DNA of 64,000 nt from Actinomycetota bacterium. GTDB taxonomy: Bacteria; Actinomycetota; Acidimicrobiia; IMCC26256; PALSA-610. The position numbers and the translations under genes are program-made. The DNA lies in the NCBI GenBank assembly GCA_005773635.1, contig SXHN01000079.1, positions 5,304-69,303 on the forward strand, in the 5' to 3' direction. The notes under the pieces were generated by a model. The model searched no databases. It was not told where the DNA came from and was given only the letters and a program-made list of their open reading frames with translations. Numbering within the stretch: position 1 is the stretch's first letter; every line of letters begins with the position of its first letter. Shown here piece by piece: positions 49,671 to 57,998 of this stretch.

Positions 49671-51043
49671 ATCGAGCCGGCATTCGTCAGACCGACTTGC
49701 GATTGTCGACGCCTCATGACGAAGGCGTCGATAGCGAAGGCAGTAGCTGTCCATACGAAGATGCGCGCTTGCACCGCGGCGCCCAATGAATGGCGCGCAA
49801 GCTCGAGGGCATCACCGTGAAACGCGGCCAGGGCGTGAGGAATCACGATACAGCCAATGGCAAGAATTGTGCATCCAAGACCGCGACGCGCTCGGTCTCC
49901 AAACCACAATGCCATTGCCAATCCAACCGATGCCAACGCCGCCCAGGCTGCCGTTATACGAAATGGTGGTAGTCCGAGACCGCCGATGGCACGGGTGATC
50001 GGACCAGGTCGCATGCCTTGGGCAATTGCAATCGGTTCAAGGTTGGGGGTGAATTGATCGGACATCATTGCCAGTGGTTTGGTTGCGACGAACCAAGGAT
50101 GGGTCAACAGATACTTCATATAGACCGCTTGCCCGTGATCGTCGAGCCACCGTCGAAGCGGTTGGTAGTACGGGTCGTCACTTTGGAACGCCGGATATGT
50201 CAGGAAGTAATTGGCTTGCAACGTTTGTATCGCGCCGTCGTTCGGCAGCCCTTCATCGAGCAGCCATTCGTACGCGACTGGGTCATCTGCGATTCGCAGA
50301 ACGATTGTTTCAGCAATTGGCCAGTACGAGCGATTCGCCGTTGACGACCATGTCATCGCAGTTGCGCCAACGATCACAAGCACCGTCGCGCTCGCGAAGA
50401 GGCGGGCACCGTGGGTTGCGCGACAACGTGGCACCATCCACGCCGAGAACGCGACCAGACCTAAACAACCAGCAATAATGGCGTTGATGTCGCGAACAAA
50501 CGAAGCGAAGATCAGTGCTGCAACGAATGCGATGGTCGTGCGGGTGTCAGCCCGCATCGCTAGTTGAATCGCAAGTGCGATTACCACGCAAGTGCTGCTG
50601 ATAGCCAAGCTTTCTGTGGCAATTGCGACGTCGTACATCACAAACGCGGGCGTAAGTCCGGTTGCCAATATCCCGATGAATGCGAGCCATTGCGCGGTAG
50701 CGGAACGCATTGCGTGACGAACGCTGAGCGCGACACCCAACCAAGAGGCGATGGAAATAGCGGTTTGCGCGATCACGATGAGGCGGAGGTTGCGGCCGAG
50801 CACTTTGAGCATCAATGGGAAAATAAAAGGTCCCGGCGCTGTATAGAAATCCAACGAAAACAACGAGGTCTGTGATGCCGTCGTATACGTGGGAGTGTCG
50901 GACCCAACGATGACGTGAATCCCACCTGTGTCGGTCGGTAACATCGCTCGAATCGCGTACCCAATTTTGAGCGCAACAAAGATCGCTCCGATTGCAATGA
51001 TTGCGGGATGGGGCTTCAGCGTTCGGGAGTTCGTCATGATCAT
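49667..51043 (-). CDS. hypothetical polytopic membrane protein (possible glycosyltransferase-C-like partner)
   Basis: 458 aa from MIMTNSRTLKPHPAIIAIGAIFVAL… with ~10 hydrophobic segments and one large hydrophilic loop. Its ATG overlaps the upstream gene's TGA (ATGA at 51043-51040). The track's 720 aa ORF adds an Arg-rich false extension. Confidence 0.55.
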   Translation of the reverse strand: MIMTNSRTLKPHPAIIAIGAIFVALKIGYAIRAMLPTDTGGIHVIVGSDTPTYTTASQTSLFSLDFYTAPGPFIFPLMLKVLGRNLRLIVIAQTAISIASWLGVALSVRHAMRSATAQWLAFIGILATGLTPAFVMYDVAIATESLAISSTCVVIALAIQLAMRADTRTTIAFVAALIFASFVRDINAIIAGCLGLVAFSAWMVPRCRATHGARLFASATVLVIVGATAMTWSSTANRSYWPIAETIVLRIADDPVAYEWLLDEGLPNDGAIQTLQANYFLTYPAFQSDDPYYQPLRRWLDDHGQAVYMKYLLTHPWFVATKPLAMMSDQFTPNLEPIAIAQGMRPGPITRAIGGLGLPPFRITAAWAALASVGLAMALWFGDRARRGLGCTILAIGCIVIPHALAAFHGDALELARHSLGAAVQARIFVWTATAFAIDAFVMRRRQSQVGLTNAGSI

Positions 51044-52509
51044 TGGGGGATTGTTTGAAGGATTTTGACAAAGTAGGAGGGGTATACGCCGAACGTAACA
51101 GCGTAGACAAGCACGGCCATGAGCCCCGTGTGCGCCACCACGATGAAGGCTCTCGGAATGCGAAGCCGTGGCACTGTAGGAATTGCGATCATCAGTAGCG
51201 GCAGCAGCGGAGCGAGGTAGCGGCCTTGCATGCCTGTGATTTCGAGTGAATCTTGAACTGTCACCGTGTCGTACACGAACAAACTGAGCAACATGAACCC
51301 GGCGAGCAGCGCGAGCATCGCGGACATGAGGAATCGCTCGGTGCGGCTGAAATGAGCACGGTCTTGTTCCGGGGTTGAGAACCGGACGGCGAGTAACAGC
51401 AAGAAGCCTGCGAGCGAGAGCCACCACGGAGGCACCCACAGGCCGTAGTCGAATAGCGCGGTGGCTCCGATACGTTCGCCTTGGCGTGTGGCTGTATGCC
51501 AAGTCGCGGCAACGAAACGGCTCGGGTCGTCGCGTAATCGTTCCCACTGCAGTGTCGGGTCGAGCGTGCCAGGGTGTGGCAAGCCTCCGAGCATCTTCTC
51601 GATTGGTGATGCGTTTTCCGACCCGACGTAGGCGCCCAACACGAATCGATCGCTGAAGGCTGTAATCCAAATACCACCGATGACCATGGTTGTCGCGACG
51701 ACCGCAGCTACGAGCATCCGATGCGCACCTCGCGCTCGGAGCCAGGGAAGCGCGAAGACGCCAATAACAAAGAAATACGGTGCTTTGGCATTGCCGAGTG
51801 CGAAGGCCGTCGCAAAAACTGCAAACCACTCGGTTCTGCTGATGGGCGCATCTCGCAGCTTGCGATCACGAATGAGTAACGCCAAGCCAATGGCCGCGAT
51901 TACCATCGCTACCGCGAAGGCATCAGGCGAGGCGTTCGCCGCAACGAACAGCGCGCTCGGGAATACGCCGATCCAGGCCAGTGGCCACTTCAGCACGGGC
52001 ACGACTCTCAAGATTGCCGCGACAATCGCGACATAGAACAGTAGGTTGGCGATCCGCGCGAGTATCAACAGGACGAGTGGCGACGCACCGAAAATACGAC
52101 CAACGCCGATACCCACGGCACTCGGGATATGACCAGCGGGCGACAACGTGGCCATCGGGTACGACACGAATTCATCCGGGCCGTCGGCGACAGCGTCATT
52201 CCATCGTTCCCAAGTGGCTGAGCGACGCTCGGTCCCACCAACCACTCGTAGTTTGGTCATCTCTTGTGTCAATCCGCTTGGAAGATCTGAGCCCACTCCG
52301 AATCCGCGCACTTCCAATATGAGGTCGCCTCGCGTGATGGCATAGGAACGTGCGAAGTGAGTTTGCTCGTCGTCTCCTGCGAAAGGGCGGGTTAAGACTG
52401 CGACCGCGAACCCAATAACGAGCGCGGTCACACAAAAGAAGCGGACGGGTGTGGCGAGTGATCTAACGCCCCGCGCGAGCTGGTGCGTCAAGGGCGTCAC
52501 GGGGCGCAT
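51040..52509 (-). CDS. polytopic membrane protein, DUF2142/GT-C-like
   Basis: 489 aa from MRPVTPLTHQLARG…. TM1 is followed at once by the acidic loop motif PFAGDDEQTHFARSYAITRGDL, then ~10 more TM segments. Trimmed from the 595 aa track ORF. DUF2142 assignment is from memory. Confidence 0.6.
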   Translation of the reverse strand: MRPVTPLTHQLARGVRSLATPVRFFCVTALVIGFAVAVLTRPFAGDDEQTHFARSYAITRGDLILEVRGFGVGSDLPSGLTQEMTKLRVVGGTERRSATWERWNDAVADGPDEFVSYPMATLSPAGHIPSAVGIGVGRIFGASPLVLLILARIANLLFYVAIVAAILRVVPVLKWPLAWIGVFPSALFVAANASPDAFAVAMVIAAIGLALLIRDRKLRDAPISRTEWFAVFATAFALGNAKAPYFFVIGVFALPWLRARGAHRMLVAAVVATTMVIGGIWITAFSDRFVLGAYVGSENASPIEKMLGGLPHPGTLDPTLQWERLRDDPSRFVAATWHTATRQGERIGATALFDYGLWVPPWWLSLAGFLLLLAVRFSTPEQDRAHFSRTERFLMSAMLALLAGFMLLSLFVYDTVTVQDSLEITGMQGRYLAPLLPLLMIAIPTVPRLRIPRAFIVVAHTGLMAVLVYAVTFGVYPSYFVKILQTIPQ

Positions 52510-52554
52510 CGTACTGTTATTCCCGGTCCTAAGCCTCGTATAGGGTTGGCGCTT

Positions 52555-53544
52555 ATGGCATCTCTCGACTCGGTGTTCGGCGGGCGCCGTGTGGTCGTGA
52601 CGGGTGGCCTTGGGTTTATTGGCTCCAATCTTGCGATTCGCCTCAGTGCAGCCGACGCGAAGGTGACAATCGTCGACGCGTTGATTCCGCGCCACGGTGG
52701 TAATAAACGCAATGTCGATGGGTTCCCCGTCGACGTTGTCATTTCGGATATTGCCGATGCCACCATGCTTGCGCCGATTCTTGCCAATGCGGAATTCGTG
52801 TTCAATCTCGCAGGGCAGGTGAGCCACATCGACTCGATGGAAGATCCACTCACGGATTTTGACCTCAACGCGCGGAGCCAGCTCGCGTTCCTCGAACTTC
52901 TGCGCCGCGTTACTCCCGAAGCTCGCGTCGTGTACGCATCAACCCGACAGATCTATGGGCGGCCCCGGTACCTCCCCGTTGATGAGCAACATCCGGTTGC
53001 GCCCGGCGATGTCAACGGCGTGTCGAAGTATGCAGCAGAACAGCTCCACATGTTGTATTCGTCGATTCATTCGATGCGCACAACTGCGCTTCGCCTGACC
53101 AACACCTTTGGACCTCGCCAGCGTCTGCGAGGTGAACATATGGGCTTTATGCCGGTGTTCGTGGCTCGGGCACTTGAAAACCGCTCGATCACCGTGTTTG
53201 GCGACGGCTCCCAAGAACGGGACTGTCTGCACGTTGACGATGTCGTCGACTCGTTTCTGCTCGCGGCCCAGTCGGATGCCGCGATTGGGCAGGCGCTCAA
53301 TATTGGTGGTGACGAACGATTTACGCTCGCTGATATCGCTAACTTGATCGTCGAAATCGCCGACGCGGGAACGGTTGAATTTCGATCGTGGCCTCGCGAG
53401 CACGAACGTATCGATATTGGCTCTTACCAAGCCGACTCAGGTTTAGCGAAACAAATGCTTGGTTGGAACCCCAAGCTGCAACTCCGCGACGGGCTGCGAT
53501 CCACGATCGACTATTACCGTGAACATCTGGGTTGGTATTTGTGA
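52555..53544 (+). CDS. NAD-dependent epimerase/dehydratase (extended SDR) acting on a nucleotide sugar
   Basis: VVVTGGLGFIGSNL Rossmann motif and catalytic region YASTRQIYG…DVNGVSKYAAEQ, where Asn sits at the usual Tyr position. Trimmed to the ATG at 52555. Confidence 0.8.
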   Translation: MASLDSVFGGRRVVVTGGLGFIGSNLAIRLSAADAKVTIVDALIPRHGGNKRNVDGFPVDVVISDIADATMLAPILANAEFVFNLAGQVSHIDSMEDPLTDFDLNARSQLAFLELLRRVTPEARVVYASTRQIYGRPRYLPVDEQHPVAPGDVNGVSKYAAEQLHMLYSSIHSMRTTALRLTNTFGPRQRLRGEHMGFMPVFVARALENRSITVFGDGSQERDCLHVDDVVDSFLLAAQSDAAIGQALNIGGDERFTLADIANLIVEIADAGTVEFRSWPREHERIDIGSYQADSGLAKQMLGWNPKLQLRDGLRSTIDYYREHLGWYL

Positions 53545-54602
53545 GCGAGGCGCTCATACCGGTCACGAGTATTGCGCGACGGCTGGCACGACTCGAGCCG
53601 TCGATCGTTGCGGCCGCTACGCGTGTGGCTCGTTCGGGAACTGTTTTGTTAGGCCCCGAAACCGAAGCGTTTGAAGCCGAGTTCGCGCAGTACGTAGGTA
53701 AACAGCGATGCGTCGCAGTTGCATCAGGGACAGAAGCGCTCCGCCTTTCGCTGGTAGCCCTCGGTATAGGTCACGGCGACGAAGTGATCGTTCCTGCTTT
53801 CACCGCGGTGCCGACCGCAGCCTCGGTGTGTGCGACGGGCGCGACTCCGGTGTTTGTGGACGTTGACGAGTTCACGGGTGCGATCGATCATGAATCTTGC
53901 GCCGCCGCGATGAACAGCAAGACTCGAGCGGTCATAGTCGTGCATTTGTATGGGCGGCCTGCCCCGTTTCCTGAACTTGGCATTCCGATAATTAGTGATG
54001 CCGCGCATGCCCATGGTGCGCTGACGGGAGCGAACGGGCTCGATGCGGGGGCAACGCTGACTGCATATTCCTTTTACCCAACCAAGAATCTGGGCGGCAT
54101 GGGCGACGGTGGGGCCGTCGTGACCGACGACGAGGAACTCGCAGCCAAGGTCAGACTCCTGCGTACTCACGGCATGACGGAGGGCTACGTCCATCGCGAA
54201 GTATCAACGAACGCTCGGATGTCGGAATTCGAAGCGGCGGTGTTGCGGTCGGCGCTCAGGGTGCTTGACGACGACAATCGCGCGCGCCGTCGGGTAGCCG
54301 AGCGCCTTCGCTTGGCGGCTCCTATGTTGCGGTGGCAAGAATCACACCCCGATCACGTATTTCATTTGCTGGTGGCGCGCGTAGCGGATCGTGAGCGCTG
54401 GCGTGCTTCGCTAGGTTTCGCGACCGGTACGCATTACCCAGTTGCGCTCACTCGCCAGCCCGCGTACCAACGGTTTGTGCGTGCTGAGTGCCCTCGTGCT
54501 GAGGCCTGGGCTGAAGAATGCGTTTCGTTTCCGTGTTTTGCTGAACTGACATCGAGCGAGATCGCGGTCGTGGCCGAGTCGTTGGAGCGATGCCAATCAT
54601 GA
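53532..54602 (+). CDS. DegT/DnrJ/EryC1/StrS family sugar aminotransferase
   Basis: Motifs …GPETEAFEAEFAQYVG…AVASGTEAL… and PLP-Lys context YSFYPTKNLGGMGDGGAVVTDD. An alternative GTG start at 53541 overlaps the epimerase stop (GTGA). Confidence 0.85.
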   Translation: MVFVSEALIPVTSIARRLARLEPSIVAAATRVARSGTVLLGPETEAFEAEFAQYVGKQRCVAVASGTEALRLSLVALGIGHGDEVIVPAFTAVPTAASVCATGATPVFVDVDEFTGAIDHESCAAAMNSKTRAVIVVHLYGRPAPFPELGIPIISDAAHAHGALTGANGLDAGATLTAYSFYPTKNLGGMGDGGAVVTDDEELAAKVRLLRTHGMTEGYVHREVSTNARMSEFEAAVLRSALRVLDDDNRARRRVAERLRLAAPMLRWQESHPDHVFHLLVARVADRERWRASLGFATGTHYPVALTRQPAYQRFVRAECPRAEAWAEECVSFPCFAELTSSEIAVVAESLERCQS

Positions 54603-55342
54603 ACATGCCATCCAATCCAGCGGTGCAAAGTGTTTCAGCGTTCTTTCCTTGCTATAACGACGAACTTTCAATCACGCAGATGGTCACGGGCGTTCACGAG
54701 ACTCTCGAAAGGCTCGGCATTGATCACGATGTAACGGTGGTTGATGACGCTTCGGTCGATGGATCACTCGGAGTATTGCGCGCCCTTGCAAGTGAAGTTG
54801 GCGAACTGCGGATCGTTGAACATTCGGCAAATCGTGGCTACGGTGGCGCGTTGCTTTCCGGATTCGCGGCAGCGCAGAAGCAGTGGGTTTTTTATACCGA
54901 CGGCGATGCTCAGTACGATCCTCGTGAAATTGCACAGCTCATAGCGTTGGCAACCGACGATATTGATGTAGTGCAGGGCTACAAGATCCGGCGGTCTGAT
55001 TCGCTAAAGCGGATTGTGATCGGCCGGGTGTATCACCACACGGTCGCAGTGATGTTCGGATTGCGTTTACGTGACGTTGATTGTGATTTCCGCCTTATGC
55101 GGCGCGAGGTTCTGGACACCATTCAGCTCAAAAATGCCAGCGGCGTGATTTGTGTTGAACTAATGCGCAAACTGCAAGACGTCGACGCACGGATCGTGCA
55201 AACGCCCGTGTCGCACCTTGCACGCCCTCATGGTAGGTCGCAGTTTTTCCAACCCCGGCGAGTAGCCCGAAGTCTCTACGACCTCGTTCGGCTTTGGTTG
55301 TTGTTGGTTGTTGTCCCGAAGATGCGTTGGATCCGCACGTAG
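54590..55342 (+). CDS. GT2 family glycosyltransferase, polyprenyl-phosphate sugar synthase-like (ArnC/DPM1-like)
   Basis: VSAFFPCYNDE…VVDDASVDGS…ANRGYGGAL…YTDGDAQYDP (DxD); 250 aa. An alternative ATG at 54599 overlaps the DegT stop (ATGA). Confidence 0.8.
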   Translation: MPIMNMPSNPAVQSVSAFFPCYNDELSITQMVTGVHETLERLGIDHDVTVVDDASVDGSLGVLRALASEVGELRIVEHSANRGYGGALLSGFAAAQKQWVFYTDGDAQYDPREIAQLIALATDDIDVVQGYKIRRSDSLKRIVIGRVYHHTVAVMFGLRLRDVDCDFRLMRREVLDTIQLKNASGVICVELMRKLQDVDARIVQTPVSHLARPHGRSQFFQPRRVARSLYDLVRLWLLLVVVPKMRWIRT

Positions 55343-55348
55343 CCGAAG

Positions 55349-56116
55349 CTAGGGCTGCAGCAGACCGGTAGAGGCTCGTTGTGCAACAACAACCGCTGAG
55401 GTGCCAAACGGCAAATTGATTCGTCGCAGTATGTGGTGCTCCAATTCGGCGAGCTTTCGCATGATTGGTGTCGCGATGCGGTCGGCTCTGCGGGCTTCTA
55501 GGTCGGAGCGTGGCGGTTGAGACGCACGTTTGCGTTTCACGATGCGCTGCGAACCGGCGATAACGGCAGCCGGTGGGAAGAGAAAGGACTTCGCGTACGT
55601 AGAACGTGTGACCTGTAAGCCTGCGTTGACTGCGAGTCGTTCTAAGTCACCGGTTCGATAACGCCGGATTCCGTGCGTTAATACGTCGTGTTCGCGATGC
55701 AGTACGTTGAACGCGGGTTCAATGAACAACACTCGACCACCTGGACGCAATACGCGCGCGAATTCATTCACCGCAGTGCAGTCGTCATCGACGTGGTACA
55801 ACACTGTTAGGGCCAGGACGAGGTCGACCGAGTGGTCAGCAATCGGTAGCGCAACGGCCGACGCCTGCAACGGAACCAACTCGGGGCGTCGAGTACGCAC
55901 ATATTCGAGCGCGATCGGTTCGTAGTCGAGCGCGATAACCGGCCCGTATTGTGCGAGCCACGCACCGTTGCCTCCGGGACCGGCTCCCACGTCGAGGCTG
56001 ACGATGCCGGGCTGCAGCGTCTCGACGAGAAGTTCGCGCAAGAGGCGACGCGTCGAGACGTACCACCAATGGTGGTCTTCAGCCTGGGCAATGCGGTGGT
56101 ATTCAGAGGAATCCAA
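55349..56116 (-). CDS. class I SAM-dependent methyltransferase
   Basis: SAM motif I VSLDVGAGPGGNG, post-I acidic residue (IALDYE), and motif LRPGGRVLF. TTG start. Confidence 0.8.
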   Translation of the reverse strand: MDSSEYHRIAQAEDHHWWYVSTRRLLRELLVETLQPGIVSLDVGAGPGGNGAWLAQYGPVIALDYEPIALEYVRTRRPELVPLQASAVALPIADHSVDLVLALTVLYHVDDDCTAVNEFARVLRPGGRVLFIEPAFNVLHREHDVLTHGIRRYRTGDLERLAVNAGLQVTRSTYAKSFLFPPAAVIAGSQRIVKRKRASQPPRSDLEARRADRIATPIMRKLAELEHHILRRINLPFGTSAVVVAQRASTGLLQP

Positions 56117-56126
56117 GGGTTTCTTA

Positions 56127-56294
56127 CTAGTCGAAAATTAATGCAACGGGTTGATTGGCGCTCACCTTTGAGAGACAGAACCGTTCGCCCGTTATGACTC
56201 CGGCTCCGGTTGAAAAGTCGTAGCGCGGCAAATCGAAATCATAACGATGCCCGCCTTGTGTCACCGGGTTGGAACAGTTGGTGGAGTTGGTCAT
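56127..56294 (-). CDS. possible 55-codon ORF (redoxin-like N-terminal fragment or micro-protein)
   Basis: Its ATG overlaps the ABC-2 permease TGA (ATGA at 56294-56291), and its TAG lies 10 nt before the methyltransferase TTG. Peptide: MTNSTNCSNPVTQGGHRYDFDLPRYDFSTGAGVITGERFCLSKVSANQPVALIFD. Confidence 0.3.
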   Translation of the reverse strand: MTNSTNCSNPVTQGGHRYDFDLPRYDFSTGAGVITGERFCLSKVSANQPVALIFD

Positions 56295-57076
56295 TTCAGT
56301 TCGGTGCGCAGGACACGGTACGTGCCCGCGGCAAGCGGGATCCAGACCCACCAGAAACTGGTCACGAGGATTTGACCCCATGCTTCCCACGTCACTTCAG
56401 AACCGTCGAAGTCGAACAACGGCCCTTGGGCGGTTCCCGCGTCGATCCAAGGTGCCGCACCGCTGAGCCCTGGAACGATGTTCACGACGACGCCCATCAG
56501 AGTCGGAGCGATGAACGACAGGACAATTGCTGGTGCGCTATTGAGCAGGATTGTCCCGAATGCGAGGCCGCCGAGCAATCCGAGGATTTGTAACACGAAA
56601 ACGTTGCGAATGACCGCTGCGTTTCCTGCCCAACTCCCGGCTTCATCAGTCAGCGTGCCACCAATCACGTTGGCCAACGCTGCCAGCGTCAGCATGAACA
56701 AGATGGCACCGAATCCGAGCAAGAGAACCGCCACGATCTTCGAGGTCAGCACTCGCTGACGACTCGGCTCGAGCGTGAAGGTCGTGAGACCGGTGCGCTG
56801 GGACCACTCACTTGTAATGGCCAAAATGCCAAGCACCGGAAGGAGAAATCCTTGCGGTGTCCCTGCGACGAGTACGAGAGTCCTGAACTTGAGGTCTTCG
56901 GCTTTTGCAAACGCGACGAACAATGCGATTGCAATAAACGTGATTGCACCAATCGCGATCAGCAGCCATCGACCAGCACGAGTGTCGGTCGTTTTCCGAA
57001 GCTCTACTTTGACGAGCCGCGAGAACGGGATGGGCGTTCCTACGCGTGCGTTCGTCGATATCGTCGTCGCACTCAT
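56291..57076 (-). CDS. ABC-2 type transporter permease
   Basis: 261 aa with six hydrophobic segments. Its start overlaps the upstream ATPase stop by 4 nt. Confidence 0.75.
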   Translation of the reverse strand: MSATTISTNARVGTPIPFSRLVKVELRKTTDTRAGRWLLIAIGAITFIAIALFVAFAKAEDLKFRTLVLVAGTPQGFLLPVLGILAITSEWSQRTGLTTFTLEPSRQRVLTSKIVAVLLLGFGAILFMLTLAALANVIGGTLTDEAGSWAGNAAVIRNVFVLQILGLLGGLAFGTILLNSAPAIVLSFIAPTLMGVVVNIVPGLSGAAPWIDAGTAQGPLFDFDGSEVTWEAWGQILVTSFWWVWIPLAAGTYRVLRTELK

Positions 57077-57972
57077 GGTGTCACCGCCTCCCGGCTGTCT
57101 TCGGCGGTCAATTGCATAAATACTTCTTCGAGCCCCTCGCTGTCGGCAGGTCGGAGTTCAACAAGTACAACGCCAGCCATCGCAGCGGCACGACCAACTT
57201 GTTCCGCAGTCCCGTCGACGATGAACGTGTTTTCGTCTCGCCGCGTGGCCGCCAGACTCGCGGCCATGATTGCAGTACCCAAAGCCTCGGGATCGAGACC
57301 TCGCACCAATGTTCCTGCGTTTGCAAGCATGTCGGTCTTCGAACCCTGCGCCACGATTTTGCCGCGGCCGATGACTACTAGCTCGTCGGCGATGACCTCG
57401 ATCTCGTGCAACAGGTGCGACGACAACAACACCGTCCCGCCTTGTTCCGCGAAGCCACGCAGTAGGCCGCGCATCCAGCGAATGCCCATAGGGTCGAGAC
57501 CGTTCGCAGGTTCGTCGAGCACCAACACTTCAGGCGCCCCCAAGAGTGCGTGTGCGATGCCTAACCGTTGACGCATCCCGAGGGAATAGTTCGCGACGCG
57601 ACGTTTCGCTTCGGTCGGCGTCAAGGCCACAACCTCAAGCATCTCGTCGACTCGCTCCGTGGGTAACCCCATCACCAACGCACCAAGCGTCAGGATTTCT
57701 CGACCGGTGCGCCCTGCGTGTTGGGCCGACGCGTCGAGCAAAATTCCGACTCGAGTGCCAGGGTTGCCGATGCTCGCATACGGGACGCCGAAGATGGTGG
57801 AAGTGCCGCTCGTAGGTGGGGTAAGCCCACACATCATGCGCATCGTCGTAGATTTTCCGGCGCCGTTTGGACCAAGAAATCCAGTCACGGTCCCCGGACG
57901 CGCCGAAAACGACACGCGGTCTACTGCGATGAAATCGCCGTAGCGCTTCGTGAGTTCGCGGACTTCGATCAT
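57073..57972 (-). CDS. ABC transporter ATP-binding protein (DrrA/CcmA-like exporter ATPase)
   Basis: Walker A GPNGAGKST, signature YSLGMRQRLGIA and Walker B LVLDEP. ATG at 57972 (MIEVRELTKRYG) has AAGGA upstream; the track start at 58020 would overlap the acyl-CoA dehydrogenase. Confidence 0.85.
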   Translation of the reverse strand: MIEVRELTKRYGDFIAVDRVSFSARPGTVTGFLGPNGAGKSTTMRMMCGLTPPTSGTSTIFGVPYASIGNPGTRVGILLDASAQHAGRTGREILTLGALVMGLPTERVDEMLEVVALTPTEAKRRVANYSLGMRQRLGIAHALLGAPEVLVLDEPANGLDPMGIRWMRGLLRGFAEQGGTVLLSSHLLHEIEVIADELVVIGRGKIVAQGSKTDMLANAGTLVRGLDPEALGTAIMAASLAATRRDENTFIVDGTAEQVGRAAAMAGVVLVELRPADSEGLEEVFMQLTAEDSREAVTP

Positions 57973-57998
57973 GGCTGTCCTTTGTGCACGTGTAGTTG

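Noticed and set aside
51044-51829. N-terminal 262 aa extension of the 720 aa track ORF, overlapping the DUF2142-like gene out of frame
   Set aside because: The extension is extremely Arg-rich and non-hydrophobic. The overlapped frame encodes a coherent polytopic membrane protein. An internal ATG at 51043 gives an ATGA-coupled start just before the first TM helix.
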